DNA of 30,201 nt from a virus (lineage: Duplodnaviria; Caudoviricetes), in the IMG/VR virus record IMGVR_UViG_3300027804_000166, positions 1-30,201 of that record; one strand, 5' to 3'. Both the position numbers and the translations under genes were made by a program. Position 1 is the stretch's first letter. Each line of letters starts with the position of its first letter. The notes beneath the pieces were generated by a model. It was not told where the DNA came from, searched no databases, and was given only the letters and a program-made list of their open reading frames with translations. This document shows positions 15,713 through 24,338 of the stretch, in pieces.

Positions 15713-17481
15713 CAGGCTATCACTCCGCGAATTGTGCCGCCGTTGCGCTGCGTGCTGTTAAGCTGGTCGATGAACTGTCTGGCGAACTTCTCGCCAAAGC
15801 CCATCGGATCATTCATCATTGTAAACTGGAACGTGGTCGTTGGCGATGCCGCTGCCGGGGCTGCGGCTGCACCACCGCCACCGCCTCTACGTCCACCACC
15901 ACCACCACCGCCTCCACCACCGCCGCCGCCGCCTTCCGAGACGCCCTTGATAGCTGCCACGGCGCTCATGCCCTTGGCAAAGACAAGAGCATAAGCAGCA
16001 AACTTGTCGGCAGGAGTAAGACCAACCTTCATTGCGTCAACGGCTGCTACAATTGTAGAAACAATGGCCTGTGCTGCTCCCATAGCTTTGGATACTTTAA
16101 GGAACTTTTTTCCGCCCGCTTGAGCTGCCGCTTGAAGTGATGCAAAACCATCCTGAACACTTGTAAGGTCATCTTTGACCTGCATCAATCGAATGTTGTG
16201 TAGATCAGCAGAATGTTGCTCTGCACGCTGCCGCATTAGTTCTTTGAACTCTGCGTCTAGTTCATCCTTGCCTGTCAGGTGCGCTCGCAGCAATTCCATA
16301 TCTGCCGCATATTCGGCTTCAAGAATTTCCCGCTCAGACTTAAAGCCTTCGCGGATCGACTCAAGCCTAGACATATAGAATGCATCCACCTCTTGCGATG
16401 GCGAAACGCCCGGGACTACAGATGTTTTATCAGCGACTTCTTTCATCTGCTCTCCCGCACGAGAAAGCGATGGAGCTTTTTGTTTTGGAAGGCTTACTTT
16501 TTCTTCGCGGTTAACCGTTTGTGGATTGAAGGCGTCAATGCTGGCGAGTGATCCGGTCGGGTCTGGATCAAAGTTTTCTGGAAATGATCCAAAAAATCCA
16601 TTTTGTGCTGCACTAGAAAATGGACCGTATACTTTTACAAAGTCATCAATTGCCTTGTACCAATCACGCAATGTTTCAATGCCACTAGATGAAGCAGTAA
16701 CAACGCGCGCAAGGTCTTGAAATTCTGTTTTTATCCCAGCTACAGCACCAGCGATGCTGTCTCCGTTAGAAACATATTCAAGGAAAATCTCAAGAATATC
16801 ATTTAGCGGCGGGACAAGATCATTTACTAGGCTTTGAGCCAAGCCTTCTGAGATCGTTTTTAATCTTGTCAGATTGTCGTTGAAATCTTCTGCGCTTTTG
16901 GCGGCAGTGTTTGTGACAACAACTCCAAATCGCTGGGCTTCATCGCCCATTTCCGCCAAGCCATCACGCCCAGCGTTCAGCATTGGAATTAGTTGAGTGC
17001 CGGAACGGCCAAAAATATTCATGGCAATGGCAGTCTTGCCAGCACCATCTTCCATTCCAGCGAATGCCTCTGCTATTTCTGCAAAGACTTCATTTGTAGA
17101 ACGAAGATTTCCACTTGCATCGGTTGCACTAATGCCGAGCGCAAATAATCCTTCAGAGCCAGCTTCCATATTTTTTGAAAGCTGCTGAACTCCTACTTGC
17201 AATTCACCAAGTGATACATCGGAAAGTTTTGCGGCATAGGTCAACTTGGACAACTCTTCAGTTGTCATGCCGACTTTCTGAGCCATCTTTCCAATGTTGT
17301 CAGAAAAATCGATAGCTGCCTTGCCAGCCGCTATAAAAACACCAGCGGAAAGCGCCCCAGCAATAGAGGCCGCAGCCCCTCTAGCAAATCCAGAAATAGC
17401 ACCTTCAGCCTTGCCTAATGCTCGATCAAGGCCGGTTGTATTGCCGGTGATGTTGACTTCGATTCCGCTAACTTGAGCCAT
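15712..17481 (-). CDS. Tail tape measure protein (589 aa)
   Basis: Ala/Gly-rich helical protein after the chaperones; KTAIAMNIFGRSG.QLIPMLN.G motif. Confidence 0.88.
   Translation of the reverse strand: MAQVSGIEVNITGNTTGLDRALGKAEGAISGFARGAAASIAGALSAGVFIAAGKAAIDFSDNIGKMAQKVGMTTEELSKLTYAAKLSDVSLGELQVGVQQLSKNMEAGSEGLFALGISATDASGNLRSTNEVFAEIAEAFAGMEDGAGKTAIAMNIFGRSGTQLIPMLNAGRDGLAEMGDEAQRFGVVVTNTAAKSAEDFNDNLTRLKTISEGLAQSLVNDLVPPLNDILEIFLEYVSNGDSIAGAVAGIKTEFQDLARVVTASSSGIETLRDWYKAIDDFVKVYGPFSSAAQNGFFGSFPENFDPDPTGSLASIDAFNPQTVNREEKVSLPKQKAPSLSRAGEQMKEVADKTSVVPGVSPSQEVDAFYMSRLESIREGFKSEREILEAEYAADMELLRAHLTGKDELDAEFKELMRQRAEQHSADLHNIRLMQVKDDLTSVQDGFASLQAAAQAGGKKFLKVSKAMGAAQAIVSTIVAAVDAMKVGLTPADKFAAYALVFAKGMSAVAAIKGVSEGGGGGGGGGGGGGGRRGGGGGAAAAPAAASPTTTFQFTMMNDPMGFGEKFARQFIDQLNSTQRNGGTIRGVIA
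15871..15933 (-). repeat. GGN codon run encoding Gly14-Arg2-Gly5 in the TMP C-terminus
   Basis: (CCA/CCG)n run on the + strand. Confidence 0.9.
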
Positions 17482-17731
17482 GCAACAGTTCCTTCAATTC
17501 CTCTACATCGGCCCTAGTCAGTTTCCCGGCGTATGTTTCGCCTGGCTCTTTCGGCTTCTTCAACTCGTATTCCAACCACCACTCGGGAATGGTCATCTCC
17601 CAGAACTCGCTAGGCTGAATTCCCCATTCCCTCGCCCATAGATACATCCCGTTCCAGTCTAGTTCTCCATACTCTCCATGATCTTCGCCCTCGCCTTCGA
17701 CTGGCTTTCGGTCTGGGCGTCTGGATTTTTT
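17468..17731 (-). CDS. Tail assembly chaperone, frameshift (GT) extension
   Basis: -1 frame open from the slippery site to TAG at 17468: ...LDWNGMYLWAREWGIQPSEFWEMTIPEWW..., carrying the P..FW..T..E chaperone motif. Not in the ORF track. Confidence 0.8.
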   Translation of the reverse strand, partial: KKSRRPDRKPVEGEGEDHGEYGELDWNGMYLWAREWGIQPSEFWEMTIPEWWLEYELKKPKEPGETYAGKLTRADVEELKELLHGSS

Positions 17732-18036
17732 GACTTGTCTTCAGTCGGAGAGAACGATGTGAGCACAAGGCTGATCAAGGAAGTGATGCTCTCCTGATCG
17801 CCCGTTACAAGTTCCTCATAGACTTGTTCGTCCGTGACCTTGGCACCTGCCGACTGCAACATCTTGGACAGAACGAAAGCGATGTGACTGACAGGCGGGC
17901 GACCTTGGCTTGTGCGAACGGCAATGTCCGTAAAGGATATGTCGCCCATCTCGATGGATCGCATTAGTTTCATGGAAGGTACGAAGCGATACTCTTCACC
18001 CTTCCACTTGATTGTTAGCTCCCGAAAGATTGCCAT
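17659..18036 (-). CDS. Tail assembly chaperone (G-like)
   Basis: Lies between the tail tube and TMP genes and contains the slippery site. Confidence 0.8.
   Translation of the reverse strand: MAIFRELTIKWKGEEYRFVPSMKLMRSIEMGDISFTDIAVRTSQGRPPVSHIAFVLSKMLQSAGAKVTDEQVYEELVTGDQESITSLISLVLTSFSPTEDKSKNPDAQTESQSKARAKIMESMEN
17725..17731 (-). promoter_or_regulatory. Programmed -1 ribosomal frameshift heptamer A-AAA-AAT
   Basis: In-frame X-XXY-YYZ (TCA AAA AAT) near the end of the G chaperone gene, at the canonical lambda G/GT position. Confidence 0.7.
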
Positions 18037-18038
18037 GA

Positions 18039-18428
18039 TTACGATGCCGTGAACGTAATCGTGCCAGAGGACTGGATCGAGGCTGTGAAGGTCGTGGCAT
18101 CTGCCTGTTCGCCGGTGACGGCAAAGCTGGCAAGGAAGAAGTTGCCGCTGAACGATCCAAGGCCAAGCAGTTCGATGGTGTAGGCTTCGAGCAGAGCCGA
18201 GGCGCTGCCAACGGCAAGCGCCAGGAACGTGGTGTCCTCAAGGATGCCCTCAACTTCGGCATCGATGGAGCGAACACCAACATCGGCAAGATACTTGCGC
18301 CAGCCGTTGTCATCCTTTTCGGTGATGTCAATCGGCTCGTTGTTGATGGTGAAACTATCGGCACGAGCGCCAGCCACGGCAGTCGAGCCGCGCTTGATAC
18401 GGACTTTGCGTCCAGCGATTGCGGGCAT
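18039..18428 (-). CDS. Major tail tube protein (TP901-1/GTA-type)
   Basis: R..S.TINNEPIDIT.KDD.GWR..L...G.RS motif; AAGGA RBS. Confidence 0.88.
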   Translation of the reverse strand: MPAIAGRKVRIKRGSTAVAGARADSFTINNEPIDITEKDDNGWRKYLADVGVRSIDAEVEGILEDTTFLALAVGSASALLEAYTIELLGLGSFSGNFFLASFAVTGEQADATTFTASIQSSGTITFTAS

Positions 18429-18443
18429 GTTTCAGTTCCTTTC

Positions 18444-19124
18444 TTAGGTCACGGGTCCACGGATGTTGGAGAAGGCCACCGTAGACCCTACGCTATTGGT
18501 GGCGGTTACACGGCACCGGATATACTTTCCGGTGTCGGAGCCTGTGAGTGTGTATGTCGTTCCGGTCGCAGATGCGATGTTGGACCATGACGGGTCATTG
18601 GGATCAGCAGCATTGGCGCGCTGCCACTGGCGGGCGAAAGTGATCGTGGCATCGCCAGCCCATGTGCCATTCGTGGTGGTCTGGACGTTCGTTCCGGAGA
18701 GCGTTCCGGTGATCGCCGGGAGCACTGTATTGTATGGACCAATGGTGGCCGTCATGTTCTCGCCGCTTTCTAGGGTGGCGGTGAATGTGGTGACATCAGC
18801 TTGCTCCGCGCCGATCTGAAGGCCCTGGAGCATGAAATCACCGGTCAATGTGCCGATGCCGCTGATCGTGACCACGCACTCCTTGAGTAGCGCCGTGGTG
18901 GCCGTGCCGACGGAATCCGCCAAGAGGACGGTATCCTTGAGCACGCCTTCGATCTCGCAAGAGACGGACCGCAAGCCGACATCGGTCAGCATGGTGCGCC
19001 AACCAGCATCATCCTTGTCCGTGATGTCGAGCGGCTCATTATTGATCGTCACGCTGTCAGCACGAGCGCCCACGATGTTGGAGCCGTTGCGGCTTATGCG
19101 AACTGATCGGCCAGAAATAGCCAT
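18444..19124 (-). CDS. Second tail tube paralogue with C-terminal Ig-like domain
   Basis: Same tube motif over about 120 aa, then NTVLPAITGT...GTW.G...QWQR...TYTLT..D.GK.IRCRVTATN Ig-like domain. Confidence 0.85.
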   Translation of the reverse strand: MAISGRSVRISRNGSNIVGARADSVTINNEPLDITDKDDAGWRTMLTDVGLRSVSCEIEGVLKDTVLLADSVGTATTALLKECVVTISGIGTLTGDFMLQGLQIGAEQADVTTFTATLESGENMTATIGPYNTVLPAITGTLSGTNVQTTTNGTWAGDATITFARQWQRANAADPNDPSWSNIASATGTTYTLTGSDTGKYIRCRVTATNSVGSTVAFSNIRGPVT

Positions 19125-19143
19125 GCAAGAACCTCTTGTTTGG

Positions 19144-19178
19144 CCGTGATTATATCACGGAAACTATGCAATCCACAA
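19144..19178 (-). promoter_or_regulatory. Promoter for the tail tube genes with a palindromic -10
   Basis: TTGTGG-N18-TATAAT with TGn extension; the -10 sits inside the perfect inverted repeat CCGTGAT-n3-ATCACGG (19144-19160). Confidence 0.55.
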
Positions 19179-19592
19179 TACACGGTACAAGATGAGGCCG
19201 CGCTTGGTCTTGCCATCAGGATCGCGCGAGAAATTGCAACTATCCAATTCCGTGGTGATGTGCGTCACGCCCGCAATGGAAAGCGGCTGGCGGCGCATCC
19301 GGCCATCGACGGCATCGACTACGGTCTTGAGATCGAGCATGGATGCGGCACGATCCCATACGTCGATCTGCACGATTGCCGATCCGCCAAGGTCATCCTT
19401 GCTGTCGAAGGGATTGATAGTGTCAGCACCGATGGTGATGAACGGGAAGGCCGATTCCAATTCACTGTCAGCCGCCTGTGGGACATCGGTAAAGATCGCC
19501 ACGAGCGGGCTGTAGTAGGTGCTGAGAAGACTGGTGACGGCGCTATCGTTAAGCCGATTGTAGACTGCCGTCTGGAGGTCATCGGATTTCAT
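19164..19592 (-). CDS. Tail terminator/completion protein (DUF3168-like)
   Basis: LQTAVYNRL...VPQ...FPFITIG...QIDVW...RDPDG motif. Confidence 0.85.
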   Translation of the reverse strand: MKSDDLQTAVYNRLNDSAVTSLLSTYYSPLVAIFTDVPQAADSELESAFPFITIGADTINPFDSKDDLGGSAIVQIDVWDRAASMLDLKTVVDAVDGRMRRQPLSIAGVTHITTELDSCNFSRDPDGKTKRGLILYRVLWIA

Positions 19593-20059
19593 TTCGTTGT
19601 CTTCTCCGCGCGTGCTTTGGCCTTGGCGATTGCAATGTTAACCAATTCTAGCATCCGTGGGATTGCTCGCTCAACAGCAGGTATCCATGCAGGACGTTTG
19701 CCCATTTTGAAGGTACCGAACTCAAGGTGATAGGCATATGGCAACCGGCTTCCGATTGCGCGTCCATATTTGCCTCGGTTTTCAATGTAGGTTGATGTCA
19801 GCAAAGCGCCTCCATCAGTGGCCGGGGCTTCGCCTTCTTTTGACGCCTGATGCTTGATGTCTCTGTTTTTTCCCTTGTAATAAATCCGACCTGTTTTCGG
19901 CGGGTTCTCAATAGCGTTTCTAACGTCTCTAAGAGCGTTTTGTGCGGTTGCTTTGACAATCAGCTCTAGATTGTTGCCAAGGTCTTTCCCATAGGCTTGC
20001 AAGGCCGCGTTGACCTCTTTCAGCCCCTTGATCTCGACCTTGACATCAGGATACGCCAT
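19589..20059 (-). CDS. HK97 gp10-like tail completion protein
   Basis: IKGL.E...HQAS..GEAPATD.G.L...YA..LEFGT..M..RP...PA motif. Confidence 0.85.
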   Translation of the reverse strand: MAYPDVKVEIKGLKEVNAALQAYGKDLGNNLELIVKATAQNALRDVRNAIENPPKTGRIYYKGKNRDIKHQASKEGEAPATDGGALLTSTYIENRGKYGRAIGSRLPYAYHLEFGTFKMGKRPAWIPAVERAIPRMLELVNIAIAKAKARAEKTTK

Positions 20060-20406
20060 CAGGCCGCGACCCCGCCATCAACGTCGATCTGAAGCCACTT
20101 GTTGGCGAACTCCATGTTATCGAGGAACCGGATGTTGTGGATCTTGTTCCTGATCTGCACTCGGTCGGAATCCAGCAATGCGGAGGTGTAGCGCACCACA
20201 AGACGCAACCGAACGGTTGCCTCGGTGCGGTCATGGGCAAATCGCTCCGAGCCGCCAACCGGCACCACATAGGCGCGAGTTGGTGCGCCAGAAACGGTGG
20301 CCCAGGATTCCGTCTGGCCTCCTGCACCATCGCTGGTCAAGGTGCGGCGCTGGAACGTCACCGGCTCTTTCAGCTTGCCGGAATTCATGTCGCAACATTT
20401 CATCAT
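20059..20406 (-). CDS. Head closure/head-tail adaptor (SPP1 gp16-like)
   Basis: GKL...VTFQ...DGAGG..ESW...RY...DRV...NI motif; start by ATGA overlap. Confidence 0.85.
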   Translation of the reverse strand: MMKCCDMNSGKLKEPVTFQRRTLTSDGAGGQTESWATVSGAPTRAYVVPVGGSERFAHDRTEATVRLRLVVRYTSALLDSDRVQIRNKIHNIRFLDNMEFANKWLQIDVDGGVAA

Positions 20407-21173
20407 CGGGTGGTGAACTCTATAATATCCATGTTGACGGCAACATCGACGGTGCTGGCCGATACGTTGGCGAGGAAGCCAAAGTCGCACAGCGGCGGGA
20501 AGTAGAGCGGCGGGTTGAAAACAACATCGATTAGGCCGGAACTCTGTGGATATTCAGTCACCATGAGCATAGAACTATATGGTGCCGCCGTCTCAAGGAT
20601 GTTCTCGCGTTTGTACAGGACGATGTTCGCCTTCTTGTCGGCATCGCTTGAGATGGTCACGTTGCGGAGTGCCGCACTCCGGTCACGCGGAGTAGTGTAG
20701 ACAGCCATCTCTGTCTTTCCGCGTCCTAGCGTACCATCGACAATAACTGCCCAGTCTTCTCCTCCTGCGGCATTCTCAATGGTTATCGTCCCGGCGTGCG
20801 ATCTAGCGGTCTGCGTTGAATACGTTCCAGACTTGGACACATAGACATCGAACAGGCGGATAAATGACTTCGACGTTTGCGCGCTTGCGGATGCTCCTGC
20901 TGTTGCCAGCGCTTGAGTGGTATAGTCACCGAACTCATCAATGCCGATTAAAACAATTTCTCTCGCCCCGGAACCGTTGGCCGTGTCGTTGGCATTGCCA
21001 CCGGCCTTGATGCGGAGATGAACATGGGCATTTGCTTGCGGCGTGCGATAGAAGCCGGAGCGAGATACAGGCACGAAGCTGGAACCGACAGATGTGTTCC
21101 GGCCAAACTTGTTGAATGACCGACAACCCGAAGCCAGTCCGCGCGCAATGTCGAGACTGCTGGGATATGTCAT
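20403..21173 (-). CDS. Conserved phage protein of unknown function, probably structural (256 aa)
   Basis: IARG...KFGRN...D.A.GSGAR...I.G.D...FIR pattern; coupled on both sides within the neck genes. Confidence 0.7.
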   Translation of the reverse strand: MTYPSSLDIARGLASGCRSFNKFGRNTSVGSSFVPVSRSGFYRTPQANAHVHLRIKAGGNANDTANGSGAREIVLIGIDEFGDYTTQALATAGASASAQTSKSFIRLFDVYVSKSGTYSTQTARSHAGTITIENAAGGEDWAVIVDGTLGRGKTEMAVYTTPRDRSAALRNVTISSDADKKANIVLYKRENILETAAPYSSMLMVTEYPQSSGLIDVVFNPPLYFPPLCDFGFLANVSASTVDVAVNMDIIEFTTR

Positions 21174-21850
21174 ACCTTCATGGCCTTATATTGAGCCATA
21201 ATGACCGAAGCGCCGGATGCGTCATAGGCATCACTTGCATCGCAGTCATCGCCACGGTTGCTATAGAGGAAAGCCGCAAGCTGCTTGACAGCACGCTTCA
21301 TCGGAGATGGCACTGCTGCTGCATTGGCGAATCCAGATACATAGATGATCTGGATGGCGTTATTGGCACGCAGAGCAACCGGCCAAGTCTGGCCTCGCTT
21401 GAGTGTCAACCTTCCAGGCGTCTGATATGTGTCAACGTCGAAGACATTGGCAACCGTGATTGCCGTTGCATTGCTGCCTTCATCGTAGACCGTTACCGAT
21501 GTGATCGATTGAAGAGGCCATCGCGGGATAACAAGGCTTTGAATGGTGCTGGTGCGCGCCAGTTCTGTGATCGACATCTCTCGCACGCCATCCCACCAGG
21601 CCTCGCCACCAGCGGGCCAGCGATCAAGCGAGAGCCGCCATGACTGCGTGATGAACGCAAGGCCGGTCATGTTCTCGATCTCGGTTCGAGCATCCGTGAT
21701 AAGCGTATTTGCCTCCGCGTCAGGAAGTTCCGTCGAGTCAGTGCGAAGATGCGTGCGGAGTTCCGCAGCCGTCACCGGCTCGGATGCAGGGGCGGACGTA
21801 AGAACCGAACCCCGAAACTGATAAAGCGGAACGGCGGCGCGAAGGCTCAT
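21170..21850 (-). CDS. Head-tail connector (HK97 gp6/phiE125 gp8-like)
   Basis: P..EPVT..E...HLR.D...LI..AR...E..TG...ITQ.W...Y..G...VP motif. Confidence 0.88.
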   Translation of the reverse strand: MSLRAAVPLYQFRGSVLTSAPASEPVTAAELRTHLRTDSTELPDAEANTLITDARTEIENMTGLAFITQSWRLSLDRWPAGGEAWWDGVREMSITELARTSTIQSLVIPRWPLQSITSVTVYDEGSNATAITVANVFDVDTYQTPGRLTLKRGQTWPVALRANNAIQIIYVSGFANAAAVPSPMKRAVKQLAAFLYSNRGDDCDASDAYDASGASVIMAQYKAMKV

Positions 21851-21853
21851 GGA

Positions 21854-22048
21854 TTAACCTTTCCTGGCTTTCTTCTTTGGCGTCTCGATCTTGGTCTCGA
21901 GCGGCGGCATCTCTGCCACTTCAATAGCAGCACCTTCCTCCATCGCCAAGACGGCAAGGTTGCCTTCGAGGATCGAACCAGCATCGAATCGCACAACCGT
22001 GTGGCCTTCTGGCGCACAAGAGAACTGGCGAATAAGTTTAACCTTCAT
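21854..22048 (-). CDS. Small head-module hypothetical protein
   Basis: MKVKLIRQF...G...F.AG with basic tail; GGAG RBS. Confidence 0.7.
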   Translation of the reverse strand: MKVKLIRQFSCAPEGHTVVRFDAGSILEGNLAVLAMEEGAAIEVAEMPPLETKIETPKKKARKG

Positions 22049-22445
22049 TTGATTGCTCCGATGCAATTGGCGTGTAGTAATTCATTTCGCCAGCCCAGAT
22101 GCGCCGAGGATTGTTCACAGTTGCCGGATCAATCCACTCAACGCCGGGGCCACCTTGAGCCAGCACAGCCGGATCGTGGCCTTGCGGCACGTAGTCTTCT
22201 GGCAGCGGATCAGGACGCGGCCCTGCGATCTGTGTCAGGCGTACGTTCACATGATAGCGGTCATCCATGACGGCGGACGTGATGATCTCGCCATCGGGGC
22301 CAACAACAGCCGGAGTGACAACCACAGGGCCGATCTCGTCAATGTAGCAGCCGTTGGGGCGGTCATCATAGGTGAGGCTGACGATAGCCGCCCACGCATC
22401 CCATGTGGCTTTGTCGGCGGCGCGGTACATGAGATCACTGCCCAT
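22038..22445 (-). CDS. Head-fibre-associated protein (possible chaperone)
   Basis: TAATG-coupled to the fibre gene; D.IG...D.RYHVNVR...P.RIWA pattern. Confidence 0.65.
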   Translation of the reverse strand: MGSDLMYRAADKATWDAWAAIVSLTYDDRPNGCYIDEIGPVVVTPAVVGPDGEIITSAVMDDRYHVNVRLTQIAGPRPDPLPEDYVPQGHDPAVLAQGGPGVEWIDPATVNNPRRIWAGEMNYYTPIASEQSNEG

Positions 22446-24238
22446 TATGCGGTCCTTGCTTGAAGTTCGGCGTTGGTCAGGCGGCGCGGAATGTAGATTA
22501 CATTCTCAATCCACCCAGATAACAAAGCTCCTCCGCCTGTATTTCCAATTCCAAGCGTAATGACGCCAGAAGGAACCAGAACAGAAGTATCTGTTTCTAC
22601 AGCACCTCCGTTCAATGATGTTGCAAAATCGTTGTTTGCGATGGCTGCATACCGATTTGCCCTCTGACCCGTAGTTACACCGGAAGTAATATTCACGTCA
22701 AGAATACCGGAATTGAAAACGGCCACGTTTCCAAAAAGATTAACCTGAATACGGTTTGAAAATGGAGATGCGTTAAATAGGCACAAAGCAATCGCCGGAG
22801 CAGCCGTGCTCATCGAAATGAACTTTATGCCAAGTGTAAACGCAGTGCTGCTGGCTGGAAACTGACTCACGCCAACGGAAGCGACATCGGCGTTTCGGGT
22901 TGCAGAAGCGGCAGCCGTGGGAATGTAGGAGGTGGCGAAGGCTCCGGCTTCAAGCTGTGCGTTGCTCACAGTTCCTGTAACCGTAAGTGTCAGCGTTCCA
23001 GCGGTTGGTGTAAAAGTAAGTGTTACGCGGTTAGGATATACTCCCGTTCCAATTAACGGTCCGGCACTTGATGCGCCCGAAAGTGTAATCGTTCCTGTTC
23101 CATAAAACGACAGTGTATGTGCTGTTGCTGTAACAGTGACGCTTTGCGTTGAAAGTGTTGCACTGTTTAACAGCAAATTCGTCCGCTGCTCCTCCACCAG
23201 CAGCCCCTTTGCCGCCAGCGTTGACGGGTCGTAGTCAAGGCGCGGGCCATGTGCTGCTGCCGCGCTCGGAGCCGCGCCAAAGTTAGGCGTGTAAGGGTCA
23301 AGTGACGCGCTGTCGGAGAGTTGCGCGCCCCATGCGTAGACGGCATCACCAAATGTTACAATGCGGATGCCTGGTGTTCTAGTTCCCGCCGTTGGCGTCA
23401 GTGTGGTGCTAAACCTTTGCCAGTCCGCAGTTACCGCCGCAGTAACATAGGTCGTGCCGTCTACAGTAATCTCCACAGTGCCCGTGCCCGTTTTGCGGCG
23501 CAGCCAGATAGAGAATGTGTAGGGGCTGGCAAGAAGGCTTAAAGACGCCAGCAGCGTGCCGTTGCCAGCCGTGGCCGCTACATCAATGGAATTGGCAGAC
23601 CCATTCGGCGCGGCGATAGCAACTTGCGTATCGGTGGTGTTGGTGTTGGTCCAACCCGTAGTTAAGAGTTCTGTAAACCCTAACAGATTCTTCAGCGTGC
23701 TAGGGTCATAATAAGGATACGCGGAGGCGTTGGCTTGCATCCCGCCGAGGTCGGAACGATAGAGGTGTGCGCCCCATGCGTAGACTTCATCGCCGTTGGT
23801 GACGATACGGATGCCCGCGCTCTTCGTGCCAGCCGTCGGGGTCTGCGTGACAGTGTAGAGCGCCCAATCATTGGTGATCGTAACGGTCGTGTATGTGCCG
23901 TTGTCGGCAGCAATCTGAATATTGCCCGTGCCTGTTTTGCGGCGAAGCCACACGCCAAAAACATAGGGTATAGCGACAGCAGTGTAGGACTGCAAAACCG
24001 TGCCGTTTGCGCCCGAAGCAACGATAGTGTCTGCCGTAATCGCACTATCGGGGGCGGCGATTGAATTTGCTGCTATCGTCGTAGACGTTTTTGTCCAACT
24101 AGAAGTGTCTAGCTGCTCACTCGCCAGCAGCAGGTTATGCTGTGCCCACTTGATATAGCCGTCACTGTCCGTAACGGTGGCGAGGCTTCCGCGCGAGAAC
24201 GTGATGAGGTCAGTTGCGAAACCAGTTGTCGTCGGCAT
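22445..24238 (-). CDS. Head spike/fibre protein with tandem carbohydrate-binding-like domains
   Basis: ITFSR.S.AT, PRLDYDP.T...GLLVEEQRTNLL and AQLEAG.FATSYIPT...TR.AD motifs; two internal repeats; C-terminal ConA/LamG-like region. Confidence 0.75.
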   Translation of the reverse strand: MPTTTGFATDLITFSRGSLATVTDSDGYIKWAQHNLLLASEQLDTSSWTKTSTTIAANSIAAPDSAITADTIVASGANGTVLQSYTAVAIPYVFGVWLRRKTGTGNIQIAADNGTYTTVTITNDWALYTVTQTPTAGTKSAGIRIVTNGDEVYAWGAHLYRSDLGGMQANASAYPYYDPSTLKNLLGFTELLTTGWTNTNTTDTQVAIAAPNGSANSIDVAATAGNGTLLASLSLLASPYTFSIWLRRKTGTGTVEITVDGTTYVTAAVTADWQRFSTTLTPTAGTRTPGIRIVTFGDAVYAWGAQLSDSASLDPYTPNFGAAPSAAAAHGPRLDYDPSTLAAKGLLVEEQRTNLLLNSATLSTQSVTVTATAHTLSFYGTGTITLSGASSAGPLIGTGVYPNRVTLTFTPTAGTLTLTVTGTVSNAQLEAGAFATSYIPTAAASATRNADVASVGVSQFPASSTAFTLGIKFISMSTAAPAIALCLFNASPFSNRIQVNLFGNVAVFNSGILDVNITSGVTTGQRANRYAAIANNDFATSLNGGAVETDTSVLVPSGVITLGIGNTGGGALLSGWIENVIYIPRRLTNAELQARTA

Positions 24239-24303
24239 CAGCCCTGCATCCTTACGGCGCGATCATTGTGAACAAATCAATTGCAGATTTTACGATGAGA
24301 GAA

Positions 24304-24325
24304 GCGGCCCCATTGAAGGAGCCGC
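24304..24325 (-). terminator. Probable intrinsic terminator after the decoration gene
   Basis: GCGGCTCC-TTCAAT-GGGGCCGC followed by a weak pyrimidine tract TTCTCTC. Confidence 0.5.
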
Positions 24326-24338
24326 CCCTTAATCAAGT

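Noticed and set aside
15734-15994. Poly-proline plus-strand ORF
   Set aside because: Reverse complement of the TMP poly-Gly tract.
22445-24238. Diversity-generating retroelement TR/VR pair
   Set aside because: The repeats are in-frame domain duplications diverged at all bases, not adenine-specifically, and no reverse transcriptase is in the window.
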